64,000 nucleotides of DNA from Escherichia phage EC121: sequence record NC_054909.1, one strand, 5' to 3'. Shown one piece after another: positions 7,966-20,599 of the stretch; positions within the stretch are counted from its first letter, which is position 1, and every line of letters begins with the position of its first letter. The position numbers were made by a program, and so were the translations under genes. The notes below the pieces were generated by a model. It saw nothing but the letters and a program-made list of their open reading frames with translations. It was not told the DNA's origin and ran no database searches.

Positions 7966-8662
<697 letters not shown>

Positions 8663-8663
<1 letters not shown>

Positions 8664-9376
8664 TATAGTACCTTTAGTGTATTTTTAATTTTAGAAAAAA
8701 GTTCTTCAAGAGAACCATCGTTTGTAATTACTAAATCGCCATCACGAATTGGCAATCCAGCTTCTGTAATATGTGTATCATTGGATTTTTGACCAGGACG
8801 AACTACATGAATTACTGTAGCACCCATCGCCCTAGCCGCATCCATTTCATGATCTTGACGGGTATCAGGAACGATATAATAATCATAACCTGAGTTAAAT
8901 TTATCAAGATAATCTAAAGCAAATAATTTTACCCAGTACATGCGGTCGAAGTTATTAACAATCAAATCCGTACCTAGGGCTTGCATCAGACGACGGACTG
9001 ACCATTGATCTTCAATATTATTTATAACGTCAGCAATCTTGTTAAATGCTACGAAATTAACTGCGTCATCAAAAACAAACACACCTTTAATTGGGCTTTT
9101 ACTATTAAGATAGCAAAATGCTTGTTCCATAATCGTAATTACTTCTAATTTAGTCAGATTTAAATTAGTCTCACGATCATAGTCAATTCCTTCAAACTCT
9201 TTACGAGTTAAGCAAGGATAGTCAGTGTTTGCTGCAAATACACCCCATGCATAAGCCAATGCATCCTTAATAGGACCAGCAAGTTGATATTTAACTGCAG
9301 AATAATTATTCATAATAAAATCTGCAGTAGTATCTTTTCCACTACGCTTTACACCACTTAAAAAGATTAGTTTCAT
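8663..9376 (-). CDS. 1: Deoxynucleoside monophosphate kinase
   Basis: 237 aa, P-loop MKLIFLSGVKRSGKDT; SD GAGGAG; synteny 57A-1-3-2-4. Confidence 0.9.
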
Positions 9377-9425
9377 ATGTTTCTCCTCAAATTTAGTTAA
9401 GATTATAACACATGAAACTGAAGCA

Positions 9426-9956
9426 TTAAACTTCTGCTATAATTTTGCCATCTTTTTCTACTTGAAAATACGTATAAGGAATCGTTGCTGTGCATACTAA
9501 GGCTGGGTCTGAATCTTCCGTGTAGCTAAATTCTACTTCAGACAGGTCAGAAACCCAAGGCTTATAAAAATTTATTGACATCACGATTTCAGTTTTACTA
9601 TTATCTAAAATGTAAAGCGTAATGTATTCAGGACCTGTTTTTTGGGCAGTATTTTCGCCTGTAAGATAGTTACTAGTTCCTAGCATCCATTCATACATTC
9701 CTATCCACGACTTAAGCTCTTCATCAACTATAAATCTCACGATGAGTGGGTCGTACTCAAATGTAACACCTGGACGTTGCGCTCGGCCTAGTCCAAATGG
9801 CCCAGTCACGGTATCAGTAACAGGTATTCTAATTCCTGGAATAGGAACTGACTGAGCATTTAAAGTAAAAGCAGATGTAGTATTACTATGTGGTATTGAT
9901 ACTACAAAGTTAGTTGTATTTGCTTGGTTAAAAATTTGTTGCAGAGCTTGCGACAT
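9426..9956 (-). CDS. 3: gp3, tail tube terminator / tail completion protein
   Basis: Track ORF starts at TTG 10037; first ATG at 9956..9954 (MSQALQQ...) gives 176 aa, the size I recall for T4 gp3. Confidence 0.8.
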   Translation of the reverse strand: MSQALQQIFNQANTTNFVVSIPHSNTTSAFTLNAQSVPIPGIRIPVTDTVTGPFGLGRAQRPGVTFEYDPLIVRFIVDEELKSWIGMYEWMLGTSNYLTGENTAQKTGPEYITLYILDNSKTEIVMSINFYKPWVSDLSEVEFSYTEDSDPALVCTATIPYTYFQVEKDGKIIAEV

Positions 9957-10062
9957 ATATTCCTCATAATGCTTTATAGCTGTTGGTGGTATAATGGGTC
10001 TAAGTCCCTTCCATTCAATTCCATTTAGAACAAACAACAGAAAAGAATGGAAGATAATAGAA

Positions 10063-10887
10063 TTAGATATTTGACCAGACTTTGTTTGCAGAGAAACGTT
10101 TTCCTTTTGAAACGAACTGCTGAAGTGGCATTAACACAACGTTCGCCCAGTCTTTCGGGGCGATTTCAACTAGGCTACCCATAATATTACCAGGTATATA
10201 TGCCTTAATCATTTGGTCTGCACCCCTAAATCCTTTCACTTGACTCCAATCAATTTTTAATTTCGTTTTATTAGTAATAGTAGGTGTATTTGCATATTGC
10301 TTTAAAAGCTCTTCTAGAAATTGCTGACGAGCTTTAGGTGGAATATAGTGCAAGTTTAATCCGTACATTAAATTATGCTTACCTAAACCAAGGTAAATTA
10401 TCAAAGGAAATTTATCCCAATAAGGAAGAGTTTCTTTGTGTTTAGCATCGTAAGCAAAAGCATATATTCGTCCCGGCTGAGGGCGAACAACTTTATGTCC
10501 TTTTACTTGCTTAATAGTTTCAGCAAACCATTTTCTGGTTTTATTATTAATTGCTGCACCTTCATTACGAATTTTATCGCGCAATGTTTGTCTGAATGAA
10601 TTTATCATAAGCAGTTGTCTTTCTTGCTTATTGAGCTTATTCATTGGTTTTGATTCAAGCTTTTGAATCTTTTCAGCTGTTTTAATTCCTGAAGCATATT
10701 TTGACATTGCCGAAGTAAACGTAGAGTATTTGATTCCTCTTTCTTCAGCAAATTGTTTTCCTGTCATTCCTTTTGCTTTGGCCTTTTTATATTCAAGACC
10801 TATTTGAATCCATTTCTTTTCGTTTAATGATTGCTTAACCTTTGGAACTTGGGGAGTGCTTTCATTAATTATTTGAAAAATAGCCAT
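10063..10887 (-). CDS. 2: gp2, DNA end-protector protein
   Basis: 274-aa ORF in the conserved 3-2-4 order. Confidence 0.85.
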
Positions 10888-11339
10888 TATGCCCCCTTAA
10901 AGCCAAGAGCTCGTAATCCATCTTCTGTTAGAATTCTAAATTTTATTCCACGCTTTTCAGCTAAAGATTGTGCTGCTTTCCATTTGTCAGTGTTCACAGA
11001 CCAGGTATAAATTTCATTCATAAATCTTTTCTTCGCTGCGGTTGTTAGATGTGCTGGTTTAACTGGTGGTTGTGTTTCTTTTTTAGGTTTTATTTCAATA
11101 AAAAATTCTTGTCCAGAAGAATCTTTCATCCAAATATCCATGAAGTATCTACGTTTTTTCCCTTCTGCATTACAAAAATAAGGAATTACTGCTGTTTCAC
11201 TACCCCATGCAATAATTTCTGGATTTTTATCTAACCATTCAAAAAAGAATTTTTCCCAATTTGATCTATACGTAATTTTTTTAGGGTCACCTCTATATTT
11301 TGATATATTTTTAGGAACCCATTTTCCAGAATATGCCAT
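10887..11339 (-). CDS. 4: gp4, head completion protein
   Basis: 150-aa ORF; stop/start overlap with gene 2. Confidence 0.85.
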
Positions 11340-11350
11340 TGGATTCTCCT

Positions 11351-11373
11351 TATAAATAGATAATATATTTATA
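11351..11373. promoter_or_regulatory. Overlapping divergent late promoters (TATAAATA on plus strand at 11351..11358 for gene 53; on minus strand at 11366..11373 for gene 4)
   Basis: Exact TATAAATA octamers on both strands in the 4/53 intergenic region. Confidence 0.6.
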
Positions 11374-11386
11374 AACAGGAGGGCCC

Positions 11387-11977
11387 ATGCTCTTTACATT
11401 TTTTGATCCGATTGAATATGCGGCCAAAACGGTGAATAAAAACGCGCCGACTATTCCTATGACAGATATTTTTAGAAACTATAAAGACTATTTTAAACGC
11501 GCTCTTGCGGGATACCGCTTACGTACTTATTATATTAAAGGTTCACCACGCCCGGAAGAATTAGCAAATACTATATATGGAAATCCGCAGTTGTATTGGG
11601 TTTTATTGATGTGTAATGATAATTATGACCCGTACTATGGATGGATTACTTCGCAAGAAGCTGCTTATCAAGCATCTATACAAAAATACAAAAACGTAGG
11701 TGGAGACCAAATAGTATATCATGTGAATGAGAACGGTGAAAAATTTTATAATTTAATATCATACGATGATAATCCATATGTTTGGTATGACAAAGGCGAT
11801 AAAGCTAGAAAATATCCTCAATATGAAGGAGCGCTTGCTGCGGTCGATACGTATGAAGCTGCTGTTCTTGAAAATGAAAAACTTCGTCAAATAAAAATAA
11901 TAGCAAAATCAGACATCAATTCATTTATGAACGACCTTATACGTATAATGGAGAAATCTTATGGAAATGATAAGTAA
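11387..11977 (+). CDS. 53: gp53, baseplate wedge subunit
   Basis: 196-aa ORF, first plus-strand late gene, overlaps the start of gene 5. Confidence 0.9.
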   Translation: MLFTFFDPIEYAAKTVNKNAPTIPMTDIFRNYKDYFKRALAGYRLRTYYIKGSPRPEELANTIYGNPQLYWVLLMCNDNYDPYYGWITSQEAAYQASIQKYKNVGGDQIVYHVNENGEKFYNLISYDDNPYVWYDKGDKARKYPQYEGALAAVDTYEAAVLENEKLRQIKIIAKSDINSFMNDLIRIMEKSYGNDK

Positions 11978-13688
11978 TAACCTTAATTGGTTTGTTGGTG
12001 TTGTTGAAGATAGAATGGACCCATTAAAATTAGGTCGTGTTCGTGTTCGTGTGGTTGGTCTGCATCCACCCCAAAGAGCGCAAGGCGATGTAATGGGTAT
12101 TCCAACCGATAAATTACCATGGATGTCAGTTATTCAACCTATAACTTCTGCAGCAATGTCTGGAATTGGAGGTTCTGTTACAGGACCAGTAGAAGGAACT
12201 AGAGTTTATGGTCATTTTTTAGACAAATGGAAAACTAACGGAATTGTCCTTGGCACGTATGGTGGGATAGTTCGCGAAAAACCTAATAGACTTGAAGGAT
12301 TTTCTGACCCAACTGGGCAGTATCCTAGACGTTTAGGAAATGATACTAACGTATTAAACCAAGGCGGAGAAGTAGGATATGATTCGTCTTCTAATATTAT
12401 CCAAGATAGCAATCTAGACACTGCGATAAATCCTGATGATAGACCGCTATCAGAGATTCCAACCGATGATAATCCAAATATGTCAATGGCTGAAATGCTT
12501 CGCCGTGATGAAGGATTAAGACTAAAAGTTTATTGGGATACCGAAGGATATCCGACAATTGGTATTGGTCATCTTATCATGAAGCAGCCAGTTCGTGATA
12601 TGACCCAAATTAATAAAGTTTTATCAAAACAAGTTGGTCGTGAAATTACAGGAAATCCAGGTTCTATTACAATGGAAGAGGCGACGACTTTATTTGAGCG
12701 TGATTTGGCTGATATGCAACGTGACATTAAATCACATTCTAAAGTTGGCCCAGTTTGGCAAGCAGTTAATCGTTCTCGTCAAATGGCGTTAGAAAATATG
12801 GCATTCCAAATGGGCGTTGGTGGCGTAGCTAAATTTAACACAATGTTAACTGCTATGTTAGCAGGAGATTGGGAAAAAGCATATAAAGCCGGTCGTGATT
12901 CATTGTGGTATCAACAAACAAAAGGCCGTGCATCCCGTGTTACCATGATTATTCTTACGGGGAATTTGGAATCATATGGTGTTGAAGTGAAAACACCGGC
13001 TAGGTCTTTGTCAGCAATGGCTGCTACTGTGGCGAAGTCTTCTGACCCAGCTGATCCTCCTATTCCGAATGATTCGAGAATTTTATTTAAAGAACCTGTT
13101 TCTTCATATAAAGGCGAATATCCATATGTTCACACAATGGAAACTGAAAGCGGTCATATTCAGGAATTTGATGATACCCCAGGGCAAGAACGATACAGAT
13201 TAGTTCATCCGACTGGAACATATGAGGAAGTGTCACCATCAGGAAGAAGAACAAGAAAAACTGTTGATAATTTGTATGATATAACAAATGCTGATGGTAA
13301 TTTTTTGGTTGCTGGAGATAAAAAGACCAATGTTGGCGGATCTGAAATTTATTACAACATGGATAATCGTCTCCACCAAATAGATGGAAGCAATACGATA
13401 TTTGTTCGAGGCGATGAAACTAAGACGGTTGAAGGTAATGGAACTATCCTAGTCAAAGGTAATGTTACTATTGTAGTTGAAGGTAATGCTGACATTACAG
13501 TTAAAGGAGATGCTACCACTTTAGTTGAAGGAAATCAAACTAATACAGTAAATGGAAATCTTTCTTGGAAAGTTGCTGGGACAGTTGATTGGGACGTTGG
13601 CGGTGATTGGACAGAAAAAATGGCATCTATGAGTTCTATTTCATCTGGTCAATACACAATTGATGGATCGAGGATTGACATTGGCTAA
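11961..13688 (+). CDS. 5: gp5, baseplate hub subunit and tail lysozyme
   Basis: 575 aa; internal lysozyme domain MAEMLRRDEGLRLKVYWDTEGYPTIGIGHL paralogous to gene e; C-terminal beta-helix repeats (VEGNGTILVKGNVTIVVEGNADITVKGDA). Confidence 0.95.
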   Translation: MEMISNNLNWFVGVVEDRMDPLKLGRVRVRVVGLHPPQRAQGDVMGIPTDKLPWMSVIQPITSAAMSGIGGSVTGPVEGTRVYGHFLDKWKTNGIVLGTYGGIVREKPNRLEGFSDPTGQYPRRLGNDTNVLNQGGEVGYDSSSNIIQDSNLDTAINPDDRPLSEIPTDDNPNMSMAEMLRRDEGLRLKVYWDTEGYPTIGIGHLIMKQPVRDMTQINKVLSKQVGREITGNPGSITMEEATTLFERDLADMQRDIKSHSKVGPVWQAVNRSRQMALENMAFQMGVGGVAKFNTMLTAMLAGDWEKAYKAGRDSLWYQQTKGRASRVTMIILTGNLESYGVEVKTPARSLSAMAATVAKSSDPADPPIPNDSRILFKEPVSSYKGEYPYVHTMETESGHIQEFDDTPGQERYRLVHPTGTYEEVSPSGRRTRKTVDNLYDITNADGNFLVAGDKKTNVGGSEIYYNMDNRLHQIDGSNTIFVRGDETKTVEGNGTILVKGNVTIVVEGNADITVKGDATTLVEGNQTNTVNGNLSWKVAGTVDWDVGGDWTEKMASMSSISSGQYTIDGSRIDIG

Positions 13689-13698
13689 TATACTTCCA

Positions 13699-14217
13699 AT
13701 GAGCGCTGATTTAGGAGAATCCATGGAAGGTTCTTCTATCGACGTCACCTTTACCGCTCAATTAGAAACAGGTGAAACGTTAGTATCTATAAATATAACT
13801 AGTTACGAAGAAACTCCTGGGGTTTTAGTAGAAGAAAGTCGCTTATACGGAACATATGAATCTGTGTTTGGATTTGGAAATGACGCGTTGAAATATCGTT
13901 TAGGTGATGAATTTAAAACTGCTGCTTCATGGGAAGAACTTCCTACTGATTCTGACACTCAGTTGTATTTGTGGAAAGCTCCTCAGAATCTCCAGAAGAC
14001 ATTCACTTACGAAGTAACATTAATATATGACTACCAAGAACAAAGTGAATCTGGAGGTTCTGGCAGTAATTCTAGGTCATCTTCTGATACTACTGAACCG
14101 ACAGATCCTCCTGCTCCAGTAAGAAAAACTCTCGTTAAAAATTATACTAAAACTATAGTTGGAAATTGGAGTCGTTGGGCTAATAAATTAAGAAGCTATG
14201 TGTATGAGAGGTCATAG
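13699..14217 (+). CDS. 5.1: gp5.1-like hypothetical protein
   Basis: Track ORF starts inside gene 5; first ATG after the gene 5 stop is 13699 (MSADLGES...); 172 aa. Confidence 0.6.
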
Positions 14218-14511
14218 ATGTCAGGATTAAGTTATGATAAATGTGTTACTGCTGGTCATGAAGCATGGCCTCCAACAGTTGTGAATGCTACACAAAGTAA
14301 AGTATTCACTGGAGGAATTGCTGTTCTCGTAGCAGGTGATCCAATTACAGAACATACAGAAATTAAAAAGCCATATGAAACACATGGCGGAGTGACACAA
14401 CCTAGAACTTCTAAGGTATATGTCACAGGAAAGAAAGCTGTCCAAATGGCTGATCCAATATCATGCGGTGATACTGTGGCTCAGGCATCATCTAAAGTAT
14501 TCATTAAATAG
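14218..14511 (+). CDS. 5.4: gp5.4, PAAR-repeat spike-tip protein
   Basis: 97 aa, [22 protein letters not shown]...; start overlaps the 5.1 stop. Confidence 0.85.
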
Positions 14512-14519
14512 GATTTAAA

Positions 14520-16502
14520 ATGGCAAATACCCCTGTAAATTATCAATTAACAAGAACAGCAAATGCTATTCCCGAGATATTCGTCGGGGGTACGTTTGCT
14601 GAAATAAAACAAAACCTCATTGAATGGCTTAATGGCCAAAATGAATTTTTGGATTATGATTTTGAAGGCTCAAGATTAAACGTTCTGTGCGACCTTTTAG
14701 CTTATAATACATTGTACATTCAGCAGTTTGGTAATGCTGCCGTGTATGAAAGCTTTATGCGTACTGCTAACTTACGAAGTTCAGTTGTTCAGGCTGCACA
14801 AGATAATGGATATTTACCTACTTCAAAATCCGCTGCACAGACCGAAATTATGTTAACGTGTACAGATGCATTGAATAGAAATTACATTACTATTCCTCGC
14901 GGTACTCGCTTTTTAGCATATGCAAAGGATACTTCTGTTAATCCATATAACTTCGTTTCTACCGAAGACGTTATTGCTATTCGTGATAAAAATAACCAAT
15001 ATTTTCCACGATTAAAATTAGCCCAGGGACGTATAGTAAGAACTGAAATCATTTATGATAAATTAACACCTATTATCATTTATGACAAAAACATAGATAG
15101 AAACCAAGTTAAACTATACGTTGATGGAGCAGAATGGATTAACTGGACAAGAAAGTCAATGGTTCATGCTGGTTCTACATCAACAATTTACTACATGCGT
15201 GAAACTATTGATGGAAACACTGAATTCTATTTTGGCGAAGGTGAAATTTCTGTTAATGCGGCAGAAGGAGCTCTAACTGCTAACTATATTGGAGGTCTTA
15301 AACCTACCCAGAACTCTACTATTGTTATTGAGTACATCAGTACTAACGGTGCAGATGCGAACGGTGCAGTCGGATTTTCATACGCAGATACATTAACAAA
15401 TATAACTGTCATCAATATTAACGAAAATCCAAATGATGACCCAGATTTTGTTGGGGCAGATGGCGGTGGCGATCCAGAAGATATTGAGCGTATTCGCGAA
15501 TTGGGTACTATTAAACGCGAAACCCAGCAACGCTGCGTAACTGCGACCGACTATGATACATTCGTTTCAGAGAGATTTGGTTCTATTATTCAAGCTGTGC
15601 AGACTTTCACTGATTCTACTAAACCTGGGTATGCATTTATTGCTGCTAAACCTAAATCAGGATTGTATTTAACTACTGTGCAACGTGAAGATATTAAAAA
15701 TTATCTCAAAGACTATAATTTAGCGCCTATTACACCGTCAATTATTTCTCCTAATTATCTTTTTATTAAGACTAATTTAAAAGTCACATATGCTTTAAAT
15801 AAACTACAAGAATCCGAACAGTGGCTTGAAGGTCAAATAATTGATAAAATTGATCGCTATTATACCGAAGATGTAGAAATTTTTAACTCATCTTTTGCCA
15901 AGTCTAAGATGTTAACTTACGTAGATGATGCAGATCATTCTATCATTGGTTCATCAGCGACTATTCAAATTGTTCGTGAAGTACAAAACTTCTATAAAAC
16001 GCCTGAAGCAGGTATTAAATACAATAATCAAATAAAAGATCGTTCTATGGAATCTAATACGTTTTCATTTAATTCTGGACGAAAGGTTGTAAATCCTGAT
16101 ACCGGTTTAGAAGAAGATGTATTATATGACGTTCGTATAGTATCAACAGACCGAGATTCTAAAGGAATTGGTAAAGTTATTATTGGTCCATTTGCTTCTG
16201 GCGATGTTACAGAAAATGAAAACATTCAGCCGTATACAGGCAACGATTTTAACAAATTAGCAAATTCTGATGGACGCGACAAATACTATGTTATCGGTGA
16301 AATAAATTATCCAGCTGACATGATTTATTGGAATATCGCTAAAATTAATTTAACATCTGAAAAATTTGAAGTTCAGACTATTGAATTATATTCTGACCCA
16401 ACCGATGATGTTATCTTTACTCGCGATGGTTCACTGATTGTATTTGAAAATGACTTACGTCCACAATACTTAACTATCGATTTGGAGCCTATATCACAAT
16501 GA
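14520..16502 (+). CDS. 6: gp6, baseplate wedge subunit
   Basis: 660 aa, synteny. Confidence 0.95.
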   Translation: MANTPVNYQLTRTANAIPEIFVGGTFAEIKQNLIEWLNGQNEFLDYDFEGSRLNVLCDLLAYNTLYIQQFGNAAVYESFMRTANLRSSVVQAAQDNGYLPTSKSAAQTEIMLTCTDALNRNYITIPRGTRFLAYAKDTSVNPYNFVSTEDVIAIRDKNNQYFPRLKLAQGRIVRTEIIYDKLTPIIIYDKNIDRNQVKLYVDGAEWINWTRKSMVHAGSTSTIYYMRETIDGNTEFYFGEGEISVNAAEGALTANYIGGLKPTQNSTIVIEYISTNGADANGAVGFSYADTLTNITVININENPNDDPDFVGADGGGDPEDIERIRELGTIKRETQQRCVTATDYDTFVSERFGSIIQAVQTFTDSTKPGYAFIAAKPKSGLYLTTVQREDIKNYLKDYNLAPITPSIISPNYLFIKTNLKVTYALNKLQESEQWLEGQIIDKIDRYYTEDVEIFNSSFAKSKMLTYVDDADHSIIGSSATIQIVREVQNFYKTPEAGIKYNNQIKDRSMESNTFSFNSGRKVVNPDTGLEEDVLYDVRIVSTDRDSKGIGKVIIGPFASGDVTENENIQPYTGNDFNKLANSDGRDKYYVIGEINYPADMIYWNIAKINLTSEKFEVQTIELYSDPTDDVIFTRDGSLIVFENDLRPQYLTIDLEPISQ

Positions 16503-19500
16503 CAGTAAAAGCACCTTCAGTCACTAGTCTCAGAATTTCCAAGTTATCCGCTAATCAGGTGCAAGTACGCTGGGATGACGTTGGTGCTAATTTCTACTAT
16601 TTTGTAGAAATCGCTGAGACAAAATCAAACTCGGGAAAAAATCTCCCGAGTAATCAATATCGTTGGATTAATTTAGGATATACAGCAAATAATAGTTTCT
16701 TTTTTGATGATGCTGATCCATTGACATCATATGTTATTAGAGTAGCTACAGCTGCACAAGATTTTGAGCAGTCTGATTGGATTTATACCGAAGAGTTTGA
16801 AACTTTTGCTACAAATGCTTATACATTTCAAAACATGATTGAAATGCAATTAGCTAATAAATTCATTCAGGAAAAATTTACTCTTAATAATTCTAACTAT
16901 GTTAATTTTAATAATGACACTATAATGGCTGCATTGATGAATGAATCGTTCCAATTCAGCCCATCATACGTTGACGTTTCATCAATAAGTAATTTTATTA
17001 TTGGTGAAAATGAATATCATGAAATACAAGGTTCTATTCAGCAAGTATGTAAGGATATTAACCGAGTTTATTTGATGGAATCAGAAGGGATTCTATATCT
17101 TTTTGAGCGCTATCAGCCTGTAGTTAAAGTATCCAATGATAAAGGACAAACATGGAAAGCTGTAAAGCTCTTCAATGACCGCGTAGGATATCCTTTATCT
17201 AAGACGGTATATTACCAATCTGCAAACACAACATACGTTCTAGGATACGATAAGATTTTCTATGGCCGTAAATCGACTGATGTTAGATGGTCAGCAGATG
17301 ATGTCAGATTCAGTTCACAGGATATAACATTTGCTAAATTAGGAGACCAACTTCATTTAGGATTCGATGTTGAAATCTTCGCTACTTATGCGACTTTACC
17401 AGCGAATGTATATCGTATAGCTGAAGCCATTACTTGTACGGATGATTATATCTATGTTGTTGCCAGAGATAAAGTTAGATATATAAAAACGAGTAATGCA
17501 CCTATAGATTCTGACCCGTTATCACCAACATACTCGGAAAGACTTTTTGAACCTGACACAATGACTATAACCGGAAATCCTAAAGCAGTATGCTATAAAA
17601 TGGATTCTGTTGGTGATAAAGTTTTTGCTCTTATTATTGGTGAAGTTGAAACATTAAATGCTAATCCTAGAACTTCAAAAATAATTGATTCTGCTGATAA
17701 AGGAATATATGTTTTAAATCATGACACAAAAACATGGAAAAGAGTTTTTGGCAACACTGAAGAAGAAAGAAGACGTATTCAACCGGGGTATGCGAATATG
17801 TCAACTGATGGTAAATTAGTTTCGCTATCTTCGAGTAATTTTAAATTTTTAAGTGATAATATTGTTAATGACTCTGAAACTGCAGCAAAGTATCAGTTAA
17901 TTGGTGCCGTTAAATATGAATTTCCTCGTGAATGGTTAGCTGATAAGCATTATCATATGATGGCATTTATAGCAGATGAAAAATCTGATTGGGAAACTTT
18001 TACGCCTCAGCCAATAAAATACTATGCAGAACCATTCTTTAACTGGTCTAAAAAATCTAACACACGATGTTGGATAAACAACTCTGATAGAGCTGTAGTG
18101 GTTTATGCTGATTTAAAATACACTAAAGTTATTGAAAATTTTCCAGAAACATCTCCAGACAGATTAGTTCATGAATACTGGGATGACGGCGATTGCACTA
18201 TAGTAATGCCAAATGTTAAATTCACTGGATTTAAAAAATATGCATCTGGGATGCTTTTTTATAAATCCTCCGGTGAAATAATTTCTTACTATGATTTTAA
18301 TTATCGTGTTAGAGATACAGTAGAAATTATTTGGAAGCCAACTGGAGTATTTTTAAAGGCATTTTTACAAAACCAAGAACATGAAACTCCTTGGTCGCCT
18401 GAAGAAGAGCGTGGATTAGCTGACCCTGATTTAAGACCATTAATTGGCACAATGATGCCTGATTCTTATTTGTTGCAGGATTCGAATTTTGAAGCATTTT
18501 GCGAAGCATATATTCAATATCTTTCTGATGGATATGGAACTCAGTATAACAATTTACGAAATTTAATTCGTAACAAATATCCACGAGAAGAGCATGCGTG
18601 GGAGTATTTGTGGTCAGAGATATATAAAAGAAACATTTATTTAAATGCTGACAAACGTGATGCTGTTGCAAGATTTTTCGAATCACGTAGCTATGATTTT
18701 TATTCTACTAAAGGAATTGAAGCATCATACAAATTTCTTTTTAAAGTTCTTTATAATGAAGAAGTTGAAATTGAAATTGAATCTGGGGCTGGTACTGAAT
18801 ATGACATAATCGTTCAATCTGATTCTTTGACTGAAGATTTAGTAGGACAAACGATTTATACAGCCACAGGAAGATGTAATGTTACTTATATAGAAAGAAG
18901 TTATTCTAATGGTAAATTGCAATGGACCGTAACTATTCATAATCTTTTGGGAAGATTGATTGCCGGTCAAGAAGTTAAAGCAGAAAGACTTCCTAGTTTT
19001 GAAGGCGAAATTATTCGTGGGGTTAAAGGAAAGGATTTGCTTCAAAATAATATAGACTATATTAATAGAAGTCGATCATATTATGTAATGAAAATTAAAT
19101 CCAATTTACCTTCTTCCCGCTGGAAATCTGACGTTATTCGTTTTGTTCATCCAGTAGGATTTGGATTTATAGCAATTACCCTTTTAACTATGTTTATTAA
19201 TGTTGGTTTAACTCTTAAACATACAGAGACCATAATTAATAAATACAAAAACTACAAATGGGATTCTGGATTGCCTACTGAATATGCTGATAGAGTAGCT
19301 AAATTGACTCCGACTGGTGAAATTGAGCATGATTCGGTAACAGGCGAAGCAATTTATGAACCTGGCCCAATGGCTGGCGTAGAATATCCTCTTCCTGATG
19401 ACTATAATACTGAAAATAACAATTCAATATTTCAAGGTCAATTGCCGTCTGAACGACGCAAATTAATGAGTCCTCTATTTGATGCATCTGGAACAACATT

Positions 19501-19597
19501 TGCACAATTTAGGGATTTAGTTAATAAACGTCTAAAAGATAATATAGGAAATCCAAGAGACCCTGAAAATCCAACACAGGTTAAAATAGATGAATGA
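16499..19597 (+). CDS. 7: gp7, baseplate wedge initiator
   Basis: 1032 aa, synteny; ATGA overlap with gene 6. Confidence 0.95.
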   Translation: MTVKAPSVTSLRISKLSANQVQVRWDDVGANFYYFVEIAETKSNSGKNLPSNQYRWINLGYTANNSFFFDDADPLTSYVIRVATAAQDFEQSDWIYTEEFETFATNAYTFQNMIEMQLANKFIQEKFTLNNSNYVNFNNDTIMAALMNESFQFSPSYVDVSSISNFIIGENEYHEIQGSIQQVCKDINRVYLMESEGILYLFERYQPVVKVSNDKGQTWKAVKLFNDRVGYPLSKTVYYQSANTTYVLGYDKIFYGRKSTDVRWSADDVRFSSQDITFAKLGDQLHLGFDVEIFATYATLPANVYRIAEAITCTDDYIYVVARDKVRYIKTSNAPIDSDPLSPTYSERLFEPDTMTITGNPKAVCYKMDSVGDKVFALIIGEVETLNANPRTSKIIDSADKGIYVLNHDTKTWKRVFGNTEEERRRIQPGYANMSTDGKLVSLSSSNFKFLSDNIVNDSETAAKYQLIGAVKYEFPREWLADKHYHMMAFIADEKSDWETFTPQPIKYYAEPFFNWSKKSNTRCWINNSDRAVVVYADLKYTKVIENFPETSPDRLVHEYWDDGDCTIVMPNVKFTGFKKYASGMLFYKSSGEIISYYDFNYRVRDTVEIIWKPTGVFLKAFLQNQEHETPWSPEEERGLADPDLRPLIGTMMPDSYLLQDSNFEAFCEAYIQYLSDGYGTQYNNLRNLIRNKYPREEHAWEYLWSEIYKRNIYLNADKRDAVARFFESRSYDFYSTKGIEASYKFLFKVLYNEEVEIEIESGAGTEYDIIVQSDSLTEDLVGQTIYTATGRCNVTYIERSYSNGKLQWTVTIHNLLGRLIAGQEVKAERLPSFEGEIIRGVKGKDLLQNNIDYINRSRSYYVMKIKSNLPSSRWKSDVIRFVHPVGFGFIAITLLTMFINVGLTLKHTETIINKYKNYKWDSGLPTEYADRVAKLTPTGEIEHDSVTGEAIYEPGPMAGVEYPLPDDYNTENNNSIFQGQLPSERRKLMSPLFDASGTTFAQFRDLVNKRLKDNIGNPRDPENPTQVKIDE

Positions 19598-20594
19598 TTC
19601 AAGTGTTATCTATCGTGCGATAGTTACTTCAAAATTTAGAACAGAAAAAATGTTGAATTTTTATAATTCAATTGGAAGTGGTCCGGATAAAAACACTATC
19701 TTTATCACATTTGGAAGATCAGAACCGTGGTCATCAAATGAAAATGAGGTGGGCTTTGCTCCACCTTATCCAACTGATTCTGTATTGGGTGTAACTGACA
19801 TGTGGACTCATATGATGGGAACTGTAAAGGTTCTTCCATCTATGCTTGATGCAGTTATTCCTCGTAGAGATTGGGGAGATACTAGATATCCGGATCCATA
19901 CACATTTAGAATTAACGATATTGTAGTGTGTAACTCAGCTCCTTACAATGCTACTGAATCAGGCGCAGGCTGGTTAGTATATCGTTGTTTAGATGTTCCT
20001 GATACCGGAACGTGTTCAATAGCATCTTTAACTAATAAGGATGAATGTCTTAAGTTAGGTGGAAAATGGACTCCTTCTGTTAGGTCAATGACTCCTCCTG
20101 AAGGTCGAGGAGACGCTGAAGGAACAATCGAACCCGGCGACGGTTATGTTTGGGAATATCTTTTTGAGATTCCGCCTGATGTATCTATAAATAGATGCAC
20201 GAATGAATATATCGTAGTTCCTTGGCCTGAGGAATTAAAAGAAGACCCTGCTAGATGGGGGTATGAAGATAATCTCACTTGGCAACAAGATGATTTTGGA
20301 TTAATTTACCGTGTTAAGGCAAATACTATCCGTTTTAAAGCATATTTAGATTCAGTTTACTTTCCTGATGCTGCATTACCGGGAAATAAAGGATTTAGAC
20401 AAATATCAATAATCACCAATCCTCTTGAAGCTAAAGTTCATCCAAATGACCCAAACGTTAAAGCTGAAAAGGATTATTATGATCCGGAAGATTTAATGAG
20501 GCATTCGGGCGAAATGATTTATATGGAAAATAGGCCACCTATTATCATGGCAATGGATCAAACAGAAGAAATCAATATTCTGTTTACATTTTAA
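19590..20594 (+). CDS. 8: gp8, baseplate wedge subunit
   Basis: 334 aa, synteny. Confidence 0.95.
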   Translation: MNDSSVIYRAIVTSKFRTEKMLNFYNSIGSGPDKNTIFITFGRSEPWSSNENEVGFAPPYPTDSVLGVTDMWTHMMGTVKVLPSMLDAVIPRRDWGDTRYPDPYTFRINDIVVCNSAPYNATESGAGWLVYRCLDVPDTGTCSIASLTNKDECLKLGGKWTPSVRSMTPPEGRGDAEGTIEPGDGYVWEYLFEIPPDVSINRCTNEYIVVPWPEELKEDPARWGYEDNLTWQQDDFGLIYRVKANTIRFKAYLDSVYFPDAALPGNKGFRQISIITNPLEAKVHPNDPNVKAEKDYYDPEDLMRHSGEMIYMENRPPIIMAMDQTEEINILFTF

Positions 20595-20599
20595 ATTAA

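Noticed and set aside
9957-10037. Track-supplied N-terminal extensions (gene 3 at 9957..10037; also gene 11 at 23311..23328, gene 20 at 34545..34622, uvsW.1 at 47626..47637, small ORFs at 2486..2506 and 4070..4081)
   Set aside because: The extended starts are TTG or lie inside the upstream gene; internal ATGs with SD give the protein sizes known for T4, so the shorter models were used
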